Shown: piece after piece, positions 17,460-26,671 of the stretch
Layout of the letters: each line of letters begins with the position of its first letter
How positions within the stretch are numbered: position 1 is the first letter of the stretch
Origin: an uncultured bacterium
Lineage (GTDB): Bacteria > Chlamydiota > Chlamydiia > Chlamydiales > JAAZZY01
DNA: 28,423 bases
Assembly (NCBI GenBank): GCA_964350295.1
Contig: CAYGJM010000011.1
Coordinates: 1 to 28,423, forward strand
Reading direction: 5' to 3'
The notes under the pieces: generated by a model
What the model was told of the DNA's origin: nothing
The model's database searches: none
The model's input: only the letters and a program-made list of their open reading frames with translations
Position numbers and translations under genes: made by a program

Positions 17460-19280
17460 ATGGTTGAAAATCATCCCGTTCGATTCATAGATAAAATTCA
17501 GTTTTCGGCCGTTGTCGGTCCTTTAATTGTCTTGTTGACATTGACCGGTGCTTTTTTACACGGTTCTCGTTCCGCTTGGTATCTCTATCCGATTACCTTC
17601 ATCGGCATGCCCGTTTGTTGGAAATGGGGCGTTCGAGGACTTGCAGGAGTTCTTGCCGCTCTTTTCGTTTTTGTCACCGGCTATCACTTTTTCGGATCTC
17701 TGATTGATCCTTGGTGGCAGATCGGTTCCGGATGGAGTCTTGCTTTGGGATTGTTTACGACGCATTTGGGTTTCGAGGAATTGAAACAAATGATGACCCG
17801 ACAACAGTTGGAATCACAAAGTCGTTTGGAAAATCTTTTATCGATAGACGAGGATTTCAATCGGGCACAAAAAAAATGGAATCGACAGGAGATTTCCTTT
17901 AAAGAGGAGATTCTTGCGAAAAAAGAAGCGATCTCTTCTTTGCGTGCGGAAGTAGAGGCCTATGAAAAATTGATTTCCGAGGTAAGAAAAGATTTTTCCG
18001 AACTTCAGAAAGACAATATTCGTCTCTTGCAGGATGCGGAAAATCGAGGCAGGGAATTATCGGCTGCCGAGCAAAAAAATCTTTTCATTCGTCGGCAAAG
18101 TATGGACTTGGAAAAACGATTAGAGCAAAGCCAATCGGAACGAGAAGTGCGTTTGCAAAAGGAAAAAGAGAGTTTTCGGGAACGACTGGCTGAAAAAGAG
18201 GCGGTAATAGAAACTTTAAGAGACGATTTGTTGCAGAGAGAGAAAACGGAAAGGGAGTTCTCGGAAGAGATATCTCGAAAAAATTTATCCCTAAGGGATT
18301 TGCGATCGGCTTTGGAAGATAAGGTTTCTCGAGCGGAGGCTTTGGGAGAGAAAGTATTGGCCTGCGAAGCAGCCATAGAGCACGGAAGAGAAGATAGAAA
18401 GCGCATGTCCGAAGAAATCGAGACCCTTTGTCGGGATATTTCCGTAAAGGAAAAAGAAAGCGTCTCTTTGAAACGACAATTGGAAAAAACGGAACGAGAC
18501 CTGGTTGCTTCCGAGAAACTGTACGGGGAGAAAACGGCTCTTTTCCGCGAAGAAAAACGACGATTCGATGCGGCCTTGGCCGATGAACAAAAAGGTCGAA
18601 GGGTGATCGAAGAGAGTCTGCAACGCCAACTTAAAGAAACCGAAAGGCTAAGAGAAGAGGTAAAGGGACGAGAGGTCGAAAAAGCTTCTTTAAAAGAAGA
18701 GATCAGAAGAGGAGAGGCCTTACTGGCCGACCTGCGCGAGGAATATGAGAAAGTGCTGGATAATGAGTCGGCCTTTAAGGAGCTTCGTTTCCGGGAACTG
18801 GAAAAATTGAATGAGGCGCGTTCGGATCTTTATCAGGCCTCTCTGGATAGGGAATCATTGCAAAAGAAGGCTTCGAAGGCTTTCGTCATCAAAGACAGAC
18901 CCTTACAAAAAGAGCATTGGCTCTTCCGTATGGAAGAAATTCTCAAAACGGGTGTCGGAAAGACGAAACTGTTGCATCAACTGCCCAAAGATCTCTCCGA
19001 TGAAATCGTCTCTTTTCGCCGGTTAAAGGCCATGTATAAGCAAACAAGAGAACAGTTCGAAGAAAAATCTCGTTTATTGGAAAAGGCGAGAGAGGAATTG
19101 TTTGAAAAGGAAACGATTCTTTTGGAATGGCAACGTAAAGAAGAAGAAAAAGCCTTAAAAGAACCTTCGGCCCTTGAAAAGGCATTGGAAGCGAGCGTTA
19201 AGGAAAAAGAAGAAGAAGCCGGAATGATGGAAGAAGAAATTCGTCTGTTGAACGGCATGATTTCCGGAATCCTTCGCTAA
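17460..19280 (+). CDS. Membrane-anchored long coiled-coil protein (about 4 N-terminal TM helices plus about 500 aa Glu/Lys/Arg/Leu-rich coiled coil)
   Basis: A hydrophobic N-terminal ~105 aa is followed by a charged helical tail with heptad-like Leu spacing. I chose the ATG at 17460 (after AGAGGAAAGG); the 17286 TTG extension runs through AT-rich intergenic-like sequence. Confidence 0.82.
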   Translation: MVENHPVRFIDKIQFSAVVGPLIVLLTLTGAFLHGSRSAWYLYPITFIGMPVCWKWGVRGLAGVLAALFVFVTGYHFFGSLIDPWWQIGSGWSLALGLFTTHLGFEELKQMMTRQQLESQSRLENLLSIDEDFNRAQKKWNRQEISFKEEILAKKEAISSLRAEVEAYEKLISEVRKDFSELQKDNIRLLQDAENRGRELSAAEQKNLFIRRQSMDLEKRLEQSQSEREVRLQKEKESFRERLAEKEAVIETLRDDLLQREKTEREFSEEISRKNLSLRDLRSALEDKVSRAEALGEKVLACEAAIEHGREDRKRMSEEIETLCRDISVKEKESVSLKRQLEKTERDLVASEKLYGEKTALFREEKRRFDAALADEQKGRRVIEESLQRQLKETERLREEVKGREVEKASLKEEIRRGEALLADLREEYEKVLDNESAFKELRFRELEKLNEARSDLYQASLDRESLQKKASKAFVIKDRPLQKEHWLFRMEEILKTGVGKTKLLHQLPKDLSDEIVSFRRLKAMYKQTREQFEEKSRLLEKAREELFEKETILLEWQRKEEEKALKEPSALEKALEASVKEKEEEAGMMEEEIRLLNGMISGILR

Positions 19281-19356
19281 AAGTCTTTTTGAAAGGAATT
19301 TTTTCTTTTTATATCGGATTTATGATAAACTTTTCTCCTTTTTCTCAAGGAGACCC

Positions 19357-21678
19357 ATGAATATTACCATCCCCGGAAACATCACCGATTTATTTCCTCA
19401 AACCTCCTCCTCTTTCTTTTTTCCTTCTTTCGGACAAAATCCTCCTCCTCCGGGAGGGTATCCTTCCTTCGGAGAAGTTCAGGTTTTTTCCTTGACCTGT
19501 TTGAAAAACTTCGGAATTCCTTTGGAAAAATTCGTTTCTCTTCTCGAACAATGGAAGGAAGCTTTATCGGAATGGTTATTTTTCCCGGTTACGGTTGATT
19601 CGAAAGTATGGAAAAAGGATGGCATCCCTGACTTAATCGGTGATATTTCTCGTTGGATAACTCCCGTTTTTACGGAATATACGGTTTATCCGGCTTTTGA
19701 AGCTTCCGACTATAGTCAACAACAATGTTTGGATTATTTGCAAGAGAACGAAATAAAACCGGAAGCCTCCATTTTTACGGAAATTTTACGAACGGCTCTT
19801 CGAAAAGGATATGAGGATGTTCTCTTTTTTTTAAAAGGGAACAAGATTATTTCTCTGACGACTTTTCTTTTGGAGGGGCAGCCCCTTTATTATCATGCGG
19901 CAGCACATGGTAAAACGGAATTATTAAAGCTGTTCGATCTTTGGTTGAAAGAGGAGGGGAAGACTCTTTTAGAGGTTTTATTTTGGAAAGAGAACGGAGA
20001 TCCCGTTGCTTATACGGATTCCTGTTTGTCACCGATTGTCGAGAACGGGGATGGCAATACGGTTGTTTTTTTACGAAACTTGACTTTCCGACACCCGGAT
20101 GAAAAGGAATCGGCTCCATTGTTCGCCAGAATCGAACGAGAGGCTTGCCATCTGGCTTGCGATAAGGATAATGCCATTTTTTTACAAGCTTATCGGGAGG
20201 CAAAAGAGCTGGATTTGCGTTCGAAACCTCGCCAAGCCGTTTATTACATTGAATCGCCTATTTTTTCACGAATTTTAGAGCCGGGAGTCGATAAGCAAAT
20301 GATTTTTTATGCTTTGGAGGGGGATAAGAAAAATGTTTTCTCTTATTTTCTTCCCGAAATAATTCGCCTGGAAAAAATGGGAAAACTTTTTTTACATAAT
20401 CGGGAAACGGGAGATTTGCTTTCTTCCATTATAGCAACCGGAAATCCGAACTTATTTCGCATGTATAGGGATGCTTTGCTCGATGAAAACACCTCTTCGG
20501 AAGATATACGGGTCATCATAAGAGAAAAGGTTCTGCATAATCCTCCGGCTTTGTCCGGATTGTTGAAGTCGACGACAAGAGAGGGGCAGCCGTTCCGAGA
20601 TTTTATCAATGAATATGATATTCCTTTAAAAGATTTGTCAAAGATGCATTTGGTTTCCCTGTTGTCTCTCGCCGCCGATCAAAACAATTGGGAGGATTTT
20701 CGCCTTATCCAAGAAAGGGCAAACCTTAACTTTGAAACTATTTGTTCGGATTTTCAGAAAGCGAAAAAAAATGAATCCCTTCTACATGAGATTATTTTTC
20801 AAGGAAGCTCTTCTTTAATAGAGTATTTTTATACAACGCACGGAGAATTGATTTTTAACATTCAAGATCTTTTAGGCAGAAGTATTTTAGGTATCGCGGC
20901 ACATAAAGGTTTTATAAGGATTTTTAAAAACATACCCCCGCTTTTATGGAAAAAAGAACGGGGTGAGAAAAAGAAGGTAGAAGAATGGTTTCCGCCGGTA
21001 GCAAAGGAGGATAATCATATTTTGCAATTCTTAATCGATGAGGGCTTTCCTCTTCGGGATTATCAGAATCTTTTTTTGTTTATGGTTGGCATTTGTATCG
21101 ATACCAATCCGGACTTGTTGTCTTTCTTAAAAAATCAGGGCATCGATCTGATAGATCTTTTTTTTACTCCTTACGGCTTGGAGGTATTAGATGAATTTAC
21201 CCCGGAAAATCGGCAGATATTCTTTCAAAAAATGACGGATCTTTATCTTACCGATGAATTGTTGCAAAAAAAAGAGGGTATTCGTTCAATCCTGACGGAT
21301 CCCGTTCTCATAGATATTTTTGTGAAAAAGTGGCTGCGGGAGGAAAAAACATGGGCTGAGTTTTTCGCATGCTCGCTCGATGAAGAGGGGAACGGCATTC
21401 TTCATTTGTTAGCCTCCTCTCCGGAGGGCTTGGCAAAAATAAAAGGCGAGCTAATAAGAGGAAACCTGAAAAAAGAAGATTTATTCAGGAATCGGAATCA
21501 AAAGGGACAATTACCCATAAGCATAGCGATAAAACATCTTCCGAAGGAAGAATTATGCGCATTTCTCTCTGTTTGCAAAGGGGAAGATTTATCTACTCTT
21601 TTTGATCATGTTGATGCAAGGAGCGATCTTGCCCCGACGGAAAAAAAACAAATTAAGGGTTATTTGAATCGTTTATAA
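19357..21678 (+). CDS. Degenerate ankyrin-repeat-like protein, 773 aa (candidate effector)
   Basis: Repeated ankyrin-like units, e.g. GQPLYYHAAAHGKTELLKLF, SLLSLAADQNNWEDFRLI, SLLHEIIFQGSSSLIEYF, DLLGRSILGIAAHKG, DEEGNGILHLLA, NQKGQLPISIA. Strong RBS AAGGAG before the ATG. Confidence 0.65.
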   Translation: MNITIPGNITDLFPQTSSSFFFPSFGQNPPPPGGYPSFGEVQVFSLTCLKNFGIPLEKFVSLLEQWKEALSEWLFFPVTVDSKVWKKDGIPDLIGDISRWITPVFTEYTVYPAFEASDYSQQQCLDYLQENEIKPEASIFTEILRTALRKGYEDVLFFLKGNKIISLTTFLLEGQPLYYHAAAHGKTELLKLFDLWLKEEGKTLLEVLFWKENGDPVAYTDSCLSPIVENGDGNTVVFLRNLTFRHPDEKESAPLFARIEREACHLACDKDNAIFLQAYREAKELDLRSKPRQAVYYIESPIFSRILEPGVDKQMIFYALEGDKKNVFSYFLPEIIRLEKMGKLFLHNRETGDLLSSIIATGNPNLFRMYRDALLDENTSSEDIRVIIREKVLHNPPALSGLLKSTTREGQPFRDFINEYDIPLKDLSKMHLVSLLSLAADQNNWEDFRLIQERANLNFETICSDFQKAKKNESLLHEIIFQGSSSLIEYFYTTHGELIFNIQDLLGRSILGIAAHKGFIRIFKNIPPLLWKKERGEKKKVEEWFPPVAKEDNHILQFLIDEGFPLRDYQNLFLFMVGICIDTNPDLLSFLKNQGIDLIDLFFTPYGLEVLDEFTPENRQIFFQKMTDLYLTDELLQKKEGIRSILTDPVLIDIFVKKWLREEKTWAEFFACSLDEEGNGILHLLASSPEGLAKIKGELIRGNLKKEDLFRNRNQKGQLPISIAIKHLPKEELCAFLSVCKGEDLSTLFDHVDARSDLAPTEKKQIKGYLNRL

Positions 21679-21741
21679 ATCGTATACAAAAAAGCACTAT
21701 TGCGATTAGGATGAGAAAAATTTCTTTTTGAGGATCGAAAG

Positions 21742-23427
21742 ATGCCTTTTTATCGTTTTCGTTCGGATAAAAGTCTGGAAACCGGTTTGTCCGGAGATTT
21801 GATTTTACAGACCCCCCTATTGAATAAAGGAACGGCTTTTACCGAAAGAGAGCGGGAGGAATTGGGACTGAACGGCTTGCTACCTCTTCGTTCCGCAACG
21901 ATTGACGAGCAGGTGGCTCATTGTTATGCGGAATATCAAAAAAAAAATACCCGTCTCGGAAAGCATATTTATTTAAGAAGCCTGCAAGATAGGAACGAAA
22001 CTCTTTTTTATCGCTTACTGCGTACGCACATCGGAGAGATGTTGGAGATCGTTTATACTCCGGTCGTCGGAGAGGCTTGTCAGCATTTCAGTGAAATCTA
22101 TCGGAAACCGCGCGGACTTTTTATTGCCTATCCGGATCGTAATCGCATTCCCGAAATTTTGAATAACTGTTCTCTTCCGGAAGTGCGGGCCATCGTCGTT
22201 ACCGACGGAGGACGTATTTTGGGATTGGGTGACCAGGGAGCGGGAGGAATGGGTATTCCCATCGGAAAAATGTCTTTGTATACGGCATGCGGGGGGCTCA
22301 ATCCGGCTTACGGATTGCCTATTTTTTTGGATGCGGGAACCGATAATCAGGCTTTATTAAAGGATCCTCTCTATTTGGGATGGAGACATCCGAGGGTGAC
22401 CAGAAAGGAATATGCGGATTTTGTCGATCTTTTCGTTGCAGCCGTCGAAAAGAAATTTCCGAAAGTCCTTTTGCAATGGGAAGACTTTTCGAAGGATCAT
22501 GCTTCTTTCCTCTTAAACCGTTATAAAGATCGTCTTTGTACGTTTAATGATGACATTCAGGGCACGGCTGCCGTTTCGACGGCTGCCATCCTTTCGGCCG
22601 TTACCGTTTTAAAACAATCGATCAAAGATCAGCGCATCGTTATTTTCGGTGCGGGGTCGGCCGGTACCGGGATAGCGGCTCATATCGTTAAGGCCATGGT
22701 GCGATCGGGAGCCACTGAGGAACAAGCTCGAGAAAAGATTTGGTTGATTGATCTGCAGGGATTAGTTTTTAAAGACAGCCCTTCTTTGGCTCCGTATCAG
22801 GCCCCCTTTGCCAAAGAACGCTTAGCGGGAGATCATCGAAATATCTCTTTCGCCGAGACCGTTGCTCGCGTTCATCCGACCGTTTTGATCGGAGCTTCGG
22901 CAGCAGCGGGAGCTTTTACCGAAGAGGTGATCGGCGAAATGGCAAAGCATGTCGAAAGGCCGATTATTTTACCCCTCTCCAATCCCGATACCCATTGTGA
23001 AGCTCGCCCCGAGGATTTGATCGTTCAGACAAAGGGAAAGGCCTTGATTGCCACGGGAACGAAATTCCCCGACGTTCATTATGAAGGAAATGTTTATGTG
23101 ATCGGTCAAAGTAACAATCATTATATTTTCCCTTCCGTAGCGCTCGGTATTTTTGCTTCGGAGGCTGAACGGGTTTCGGAAGAAATGTTTTTGGCCGCAG
23201 CCGAAAAATTAAGCGAATTGTCTCCCGCATTAACCGATCCGAGAGCCTCTCTTTTTCCTCCGCCCGAGCAAATACCCGAAATTTCGCGAAAGATCGCTTT
23301 TTCGGTAGCCAAAGAAGCGGAAAAAACGGGTCGGGGTAAGAGCTTTTCGGATGAAATCTTGAAAGCTCGGATAGACGAAATTTACTGGATACCGGATTAT
23401 GTAGATATTTTTTATAAAAAAATATAG
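21742..23427 (+). CDS. maeA: NAD-dependent malic enzyme (MaeA/SfcA type)
   Basis: LNKGTAFT-x-x-ER, LQDRNETLFY, IVYTP-x-VGEAC, VTDG-x-RILGLGD, GMGIPIGK, LQWEDF, FNDDIQGTA, GAGSAG-x-GIA, LSNP. Confidence 0.96.
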   Translation: MPFYRFRSDKSLETGLSGDLILQTPLLNKGTAFTEREREELGLNGLLPLRSATIDEQVAHCYAEYQKKNTRLGKHIYLRSLQDRNETLFYRLLRTHIGEMLEIVYTPVVGEACQHFSEIYRKPRGLFIAYPDRNRIPEILNNCSLPEVRAIVVTDGGRILGLGDQGAGGMGIPIGKMSLYTACGGLNPAYGLPIFLDAGTDNQALLKDPLYLGWRHPRVTRKEYADFVDLFVAAVEKKFPKVLLQWEDFSKDHASFLLNRYKDRLCTFNDDIQGTAAVSTAAILSAVTVLKQSIKDQRIVIFGAGSAGTGIAAHIVKAMVRSGATEEQAREKIWLIDLQGLVFKDSPSLAPYQAPFAKERLAGDHRNISFAETVARVHPTVLIGASAAAGAFTEEVIGEMAKHVERPIILPLSNPDTHCEARPEDLIVQTKGKALIATGTKFPDVHYEGNVYVIGQSNNHYIFPSVALGIFASEAERVSEEMFLAAAEKLSELSPALTDPRASLFPPPEQIPEISRKIAFSVAKEAEKTGRGKSFSDEILKARIDEIYWIPDYVDIFYKKI

Positions 23428-23457
23428 TGTAAATAAAAAATACCCGGGAGGGAATGC

Positions 23458-24051
23458 GTGCGTTGGATTATCCTTTTTTTATTCTCTTTTACTCTTCTTT
23501 TTTCCGAAGCCCATTCTGCAAAGGAATACCCGTTTTTGAACGGCATGCCGGGATTTTCCGATTCTTTATTAAGAACGCATTTTAAAATTTACGAGGGGCA
23601 TGTTGCTCGGGCCAATGAGTCCGGAGCGTTGACGGCCAAGGAGACCGGAAGGGAAAAGAAAGCCGTTCGCTGGCATGAGTTATACTTCGATAACTTGGGA
23701 GGGGACGGAAGGGTTTCGGGTGACTTACCGTTGATAAGGGCCATTACTCTGGAATTCGGAGGTTACGAATCCTGGAAAAAAGAATTCGTGGCTTTAGCTG
23801 CCGAGCGAGGAGGAGGTTGGGTATTTCTTTGCTTTAATCCGAATCAAGGTAGATTAATGAACTATCGGACGAGAGAGTACAATGACGAATTACCCGGGGA
23901 GCCGATTCTGGTCATGGATGTTTTCGAACATGCCTATGCTTCGCAATACGGAGTAAAAAGAAAAGATTATATCGAAGCTTTTTTTGCCAACGTTCACTGG
24001 AAAAAGGTCTGCCTTCGCTACTGCGAGGCAAAAAAGGGGATAAATCATTGA
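23458..24051 (+). CDS. Fe/Mn superoxide dismutase-fold protein with N-terminal signal peptide
   Basis: All four ligand positions are present: H41 (RTHF-x-x-Y), H73 (WHELYF-x-NL), D154 and H158 (DVFEHAY). Also FGG-x-E-x-WKKEF, GGGW and YIEAFF-x-NV-x-W. Hydrophobic leader MRWIILFLFSFTLLFSEAHSA. GTG start after GGGAGGGA. Confidence 0.82.
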   Translation: MRWIILFLFSFTLLFSEAHSAKEYPFLNGMPGFSDSLLRTHFKIYEGHVARANESGALTAKETGREKKAVRWHELYFDNLGGDGRVSGDLPLIRAITLEFGGYESWKKEFVALAAERGGGWVFLCFNPNQGRLMNYRTREYNDELPGEPILVMDVFEHAYASQYGVKRKDYIEAFFANVHWKKVCLRYCEAKKGINH

Positions 24052-24116
24052 TTTATTCCCTTTCCTTCCGGTAACCTTTTCTCCCAAAAAGGGGGCCTTC
24101 TCAGGCACTTTATCCT

Positions 24117-25061
24117 ATGAAAAAAATTTTGATTACGGGGGCTTTGGGACAGATCGGTTCCGAACTCGTGACCTTCCTTAAAGAAAAATACGGACGGGAT
24201 CAAGTCATTTCTTCCGACTTACGGAGAGAAGGAAAGTCCGAAGATTTGCCCTATGAACGCGTGGACGTTTTAGACCGCGAAGAACTTCGAGCGGTTATAC
24301 GAAAGCAGGATATAGGAGTGATTTATCACCTGGCCGCCATTCTTTCGGCTGCCGGAGAAAAAAATCCGAATCTCTGTTGGGACGTGAACATGACCGGATT
24401 ATATCATGTTTTGGAAACAGCCCGAGAACTCGGAGTCCGACAGGTAATCTGTCCCAGCTCCATTGCCGTTTTCGGGCCCGAGGCTCCGAGAGACCGGACT
24501 CCGCAGGAAACGGTTCTTTTGCCGAAGACGATGTACGGTTTGACGAAAGTTTCCGGAGAGCTGCTTTGCGATTATTACGTGGCTAAGTACGGGATGGACA
24601 TTCGAGGCCTTCGTTATCCCGGCCTGATCAGTCATAAGACTTTACCGGGCGGGGGAACGACCGATTATGCGGTGGAGATTTTTTACGAGGCCATTCAAAA
24701 GAAGAGTTATACCTGTTTTCTGAAAGCCGATACGGTTTTGCCCATGATGTATATGCCCGATGCGATTCGAGGAACCGTACGGTTGGCCGAAACGCCTAAG
24801 GAAAAACTTTCTCATTTTTCGAATTTCAATTTTGCCGGAGTTTCTTTTTCTTGCGAGCAGTTGGTTTGCGAAATTCAAAAACATATTCCCGACTTTCGGG
24901 TGACATATGTTCCGGATTCTCGACAGAAAATTGCCGACGGTTGGCCCCGCTCCATAGACGATTCCTGTGCTCGAAAAGAGTGGGGATGGGAATCGGAATA
25001 TGATTTGGAAGCCATCGTAAAAGATATGATCTTCCGTTTGCGAAAAAAACTCGCTTCCTGA
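24117..25061 (+). CDS. NAD-dependent epimerase/dehydratase-family SDR, most likely L-threonine 3-dehydrogenase
   Basis: ILITGALGQIG, YHLAAILSA-x-GE-x-NP, PSSIAVFGP, YGLTK (YxxxK), RYPGLIS, PGGGTTDYAV, LPMMYMPDA match the SDR-type threonine dehydrogenases. Confidence 0.85.
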   Translation: MKKILITGALGQIGSELVTFLKEKYGRDQVISSDLRREGKSEDLPYERVDVLDREELRAVIRKQDIGVIYHLAAILSAAGEKNPNLCWDVNMTGLYHVLETARELGVRQVICPSSIAVFGPEAPRDRTPQETVLLPKTMYGLTKVSGELLCDYYVAKYGMDIRGLRYPGLISHKTLPGGGTTDYAVEIFYEAIQKKSYTCFLKADTVLPMMYMPDAIRGTVRLAETPKEKLSHFSNFNFAGVSFSCEQLVCEIQKHIPDFRVTYVPDSRQKIADGWPRSIDDSCARKEWGWESEYDLEAIVKDMIFRLRKKLAS

Positions 25062-25062
25062 G

Positions 25063-25785
25063 ATGAAACCGAAAGAAGTTCGTTATTACGGCATTCACGC
25101 CTGTTTGGCCGTTTTTCGCCGGAGGCCCGACGATATCCTGAGAGTTTATTTGGAGGAGAGTTCCATAAAAACTTTTAAGGAAGTCTTAAAGTGGTGCGCG
25201 AAAAATCGAAAACCTTACCGGATCGTTACGAAAGAGGAATTGGAAAAGCTTACCGATTCGGTCCACCACGAAGGTGTGGCTTTTATGGCTTTCCGGAAAC
25301 CGCCGGTTTCTTTTTCCGTCTCTCGGGCAAAAGGATTCCTTCTCTATCTCGACGGCGTGCAAAACCCTCATAATATAGGATCGATTCTTCGTACGTGCGC
25401 TCATTTCGGTATTGATACCGTTATAGGAGAGGACTTGCCACCCTTATCTCCTTCGGCTTGCCGAATTTCCAAGGGGGCCTCCGAATATGTTAACTTGATT
25501 TCTCTTTCTCGACCGAGAGAAGAGATTCTTGCTCTTAAGAAAAGAGGGTTTGCTTTTGCGGTTACTTCTTCTCACGGAGGAGAATCTTTGTTCGGACATT
25601 CTTTTTCGAGGAATACCGTACTGGCCATGGGTTCCGAATCAACCGGTTTATCCGAGAGTCTTTTTAACTTGGCAACGGTTCGACTGCAGATCCCCGGAAC
25701 GGGAAGAGTGGAGAGCTTGAACGTCGCGACGGCAACGGCTCTTTGTATCGGAGAGTATTGTCGTCATTACGGAGAGGGAAAATGA
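25063..25785 (+). CDS. TrmH/SpoU-family (SPOUT) RNA 2'-O-methyltransferase, YfiF-like
   Basis: SPOUT motif 1 LDGVQNPHNIGSILRT, motif 2 MGSESTGLS, motif 3 VESLNVATA; N-terminal substrate-binding domain (YG-x-HAC...HHEGV). Confidence 0.9.
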   Translation: MKPKEVRYYGIHACLAVFRRRPDDILRVYLEESSIKTFKEVLKWCAKNRKPYRIVTKEELEKLTDSVHHEGVAFMAFRKPPVSFSVSRAKGFLLYLDGVQNPHNIGSILRTCAHFGIDTVIGEDLPPLSPSACRISKGASEYVNLISLSRPREEILALKKRGFAFAVTSSHGGESLFGHSFSRNTVLAMGSESTGLSESLFNLATVRLQIPGTGRVESLNVATATALCIGEYCRHYGEGK

Positions 25786-26669
25786 TCACGGGATATCTGG
25801 CTCCGGAGGGGTATGCCGATCTCTTGGAAAAAGAATTAAAGAATATCCGCTATCGATTTGACCGTCTTTTTGTGGCCGAAGGACCTTTGCAAACGGTACA
25901 TTGGGTACAAAATATCTGGTTGAACCCCGTTTTTCTTTCCTTTTCCTCTCTCTCTCGGGCTGCGGAAGAGTTGAAGAAACGGGGTAAATTATGGGCCTTT
26001 TATCCCTATCGTTATATTCGCAAAGGGAAGCTGATTACTTCCAAGTTGGCCCATTTTTCTCCGAAGCCACTCTCTTTTCCTGCCTTGCTTCCGAAGCCCC
26101 CTTTAGGCTCCTGGTTGTTGACGGAAGAAGATACGATGCTGGTTTCTTCGAATTGCTCTTCCCCCTTCCCTCACGGAGAGGTTTTTTTTCAAGAGGATCT
26201 CGGTGCACCCGGAAGGGCTTATTTGAAGTTATGGGAAATTTTAACGAAAATAGGACAATCTCCCGGGAAGGGGGATGTTTGTTTGGAAGTCGGAGCCTCT
26301 CCGGGAAGCTGGACAAAAGTATTACAAACGACGGGAGCCGAAGTCATTGCCGTTGATCGAGCCCCGTTGGATCCGGAAGTATCCTCTCTTCCTTCGATAC
26401 GTTTTCTAAAAAAAGATGCTTTTACGCTGCAACCCGAAGACTTTCCGGAAGTGACATGGATTTTTTCCGACGTAATTTGTTATCCGGATAAGCTTTTGGA
26501 ATGGATTCACCGTTGGCTTCGGACGGGAAGAAGGATCCGGTGGGTGTGTACGTTAAAATTTCAGGGAAAAGAGGGCTACGGAATCATTCGGGAATATGAA
26601 AAAATTCCCCATTCCCGCTTGGAACATCTCTTTTATAATAAGCACGAACTGACCTGGACGCTTGTATAG
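25782..26669 (+). CDS. FtsJ/RlmM-like SAM-dependent rRNA 2'-O-methyltransferase
   Basis: RAYLKLWE, LEVGASPGSWT, AVDRAPL, FSDVICYP, TLKFQG, NKHELT give a K-D-K-E tetrad. The ATG at 25782 overlaps the upstream TGA (ATGA). Confidence 0.85.
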   Translation: MITGYLAPEGYADLLEKELKNIRYRFDRLFVAEGPLQTVHWVQNIWLNPVFLSFSSLSRAAEELKKRGKLWAFYPYRYIRKGKLITSKLAHFSPKPLSFPALLPKPPLGSWLLTEEDTMLVSSNCSSPFPHGEVFFQEDLGAPGRAYLKLWEILTKIGQSPGKGDVCLEVGASPGSWTKVLQTTGAEVIAVDRAPLDPEVSSLPSIRFLKKDAFTLQPEDFPEVTWIFSDVICYPDKLLEWIHRWLRTGRRIRWVCTLKFQGKEGYGIIREYEKIPHSRLEHLFYNKHELTWTLV

Positions 26670-26671
26670 AA

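Noticed and set aside
18942-18965. Walker-A-like LKTGVGKT in the coiled-coil protein
   Set aside because: The first G/A of GxxxxGK[ST] is missing, with no preceding beta-strand or Walker B; it is likely chance.
21938-21947. A10 tract in maeA, and A/T8-9 tracts in the GT2, membrane and peptidase genes, as phase-variation sites
   Set aside because: All are in frame, encode Lys or Phe runs, and such homopolymers are common throughout the window, including housekeeping genes.
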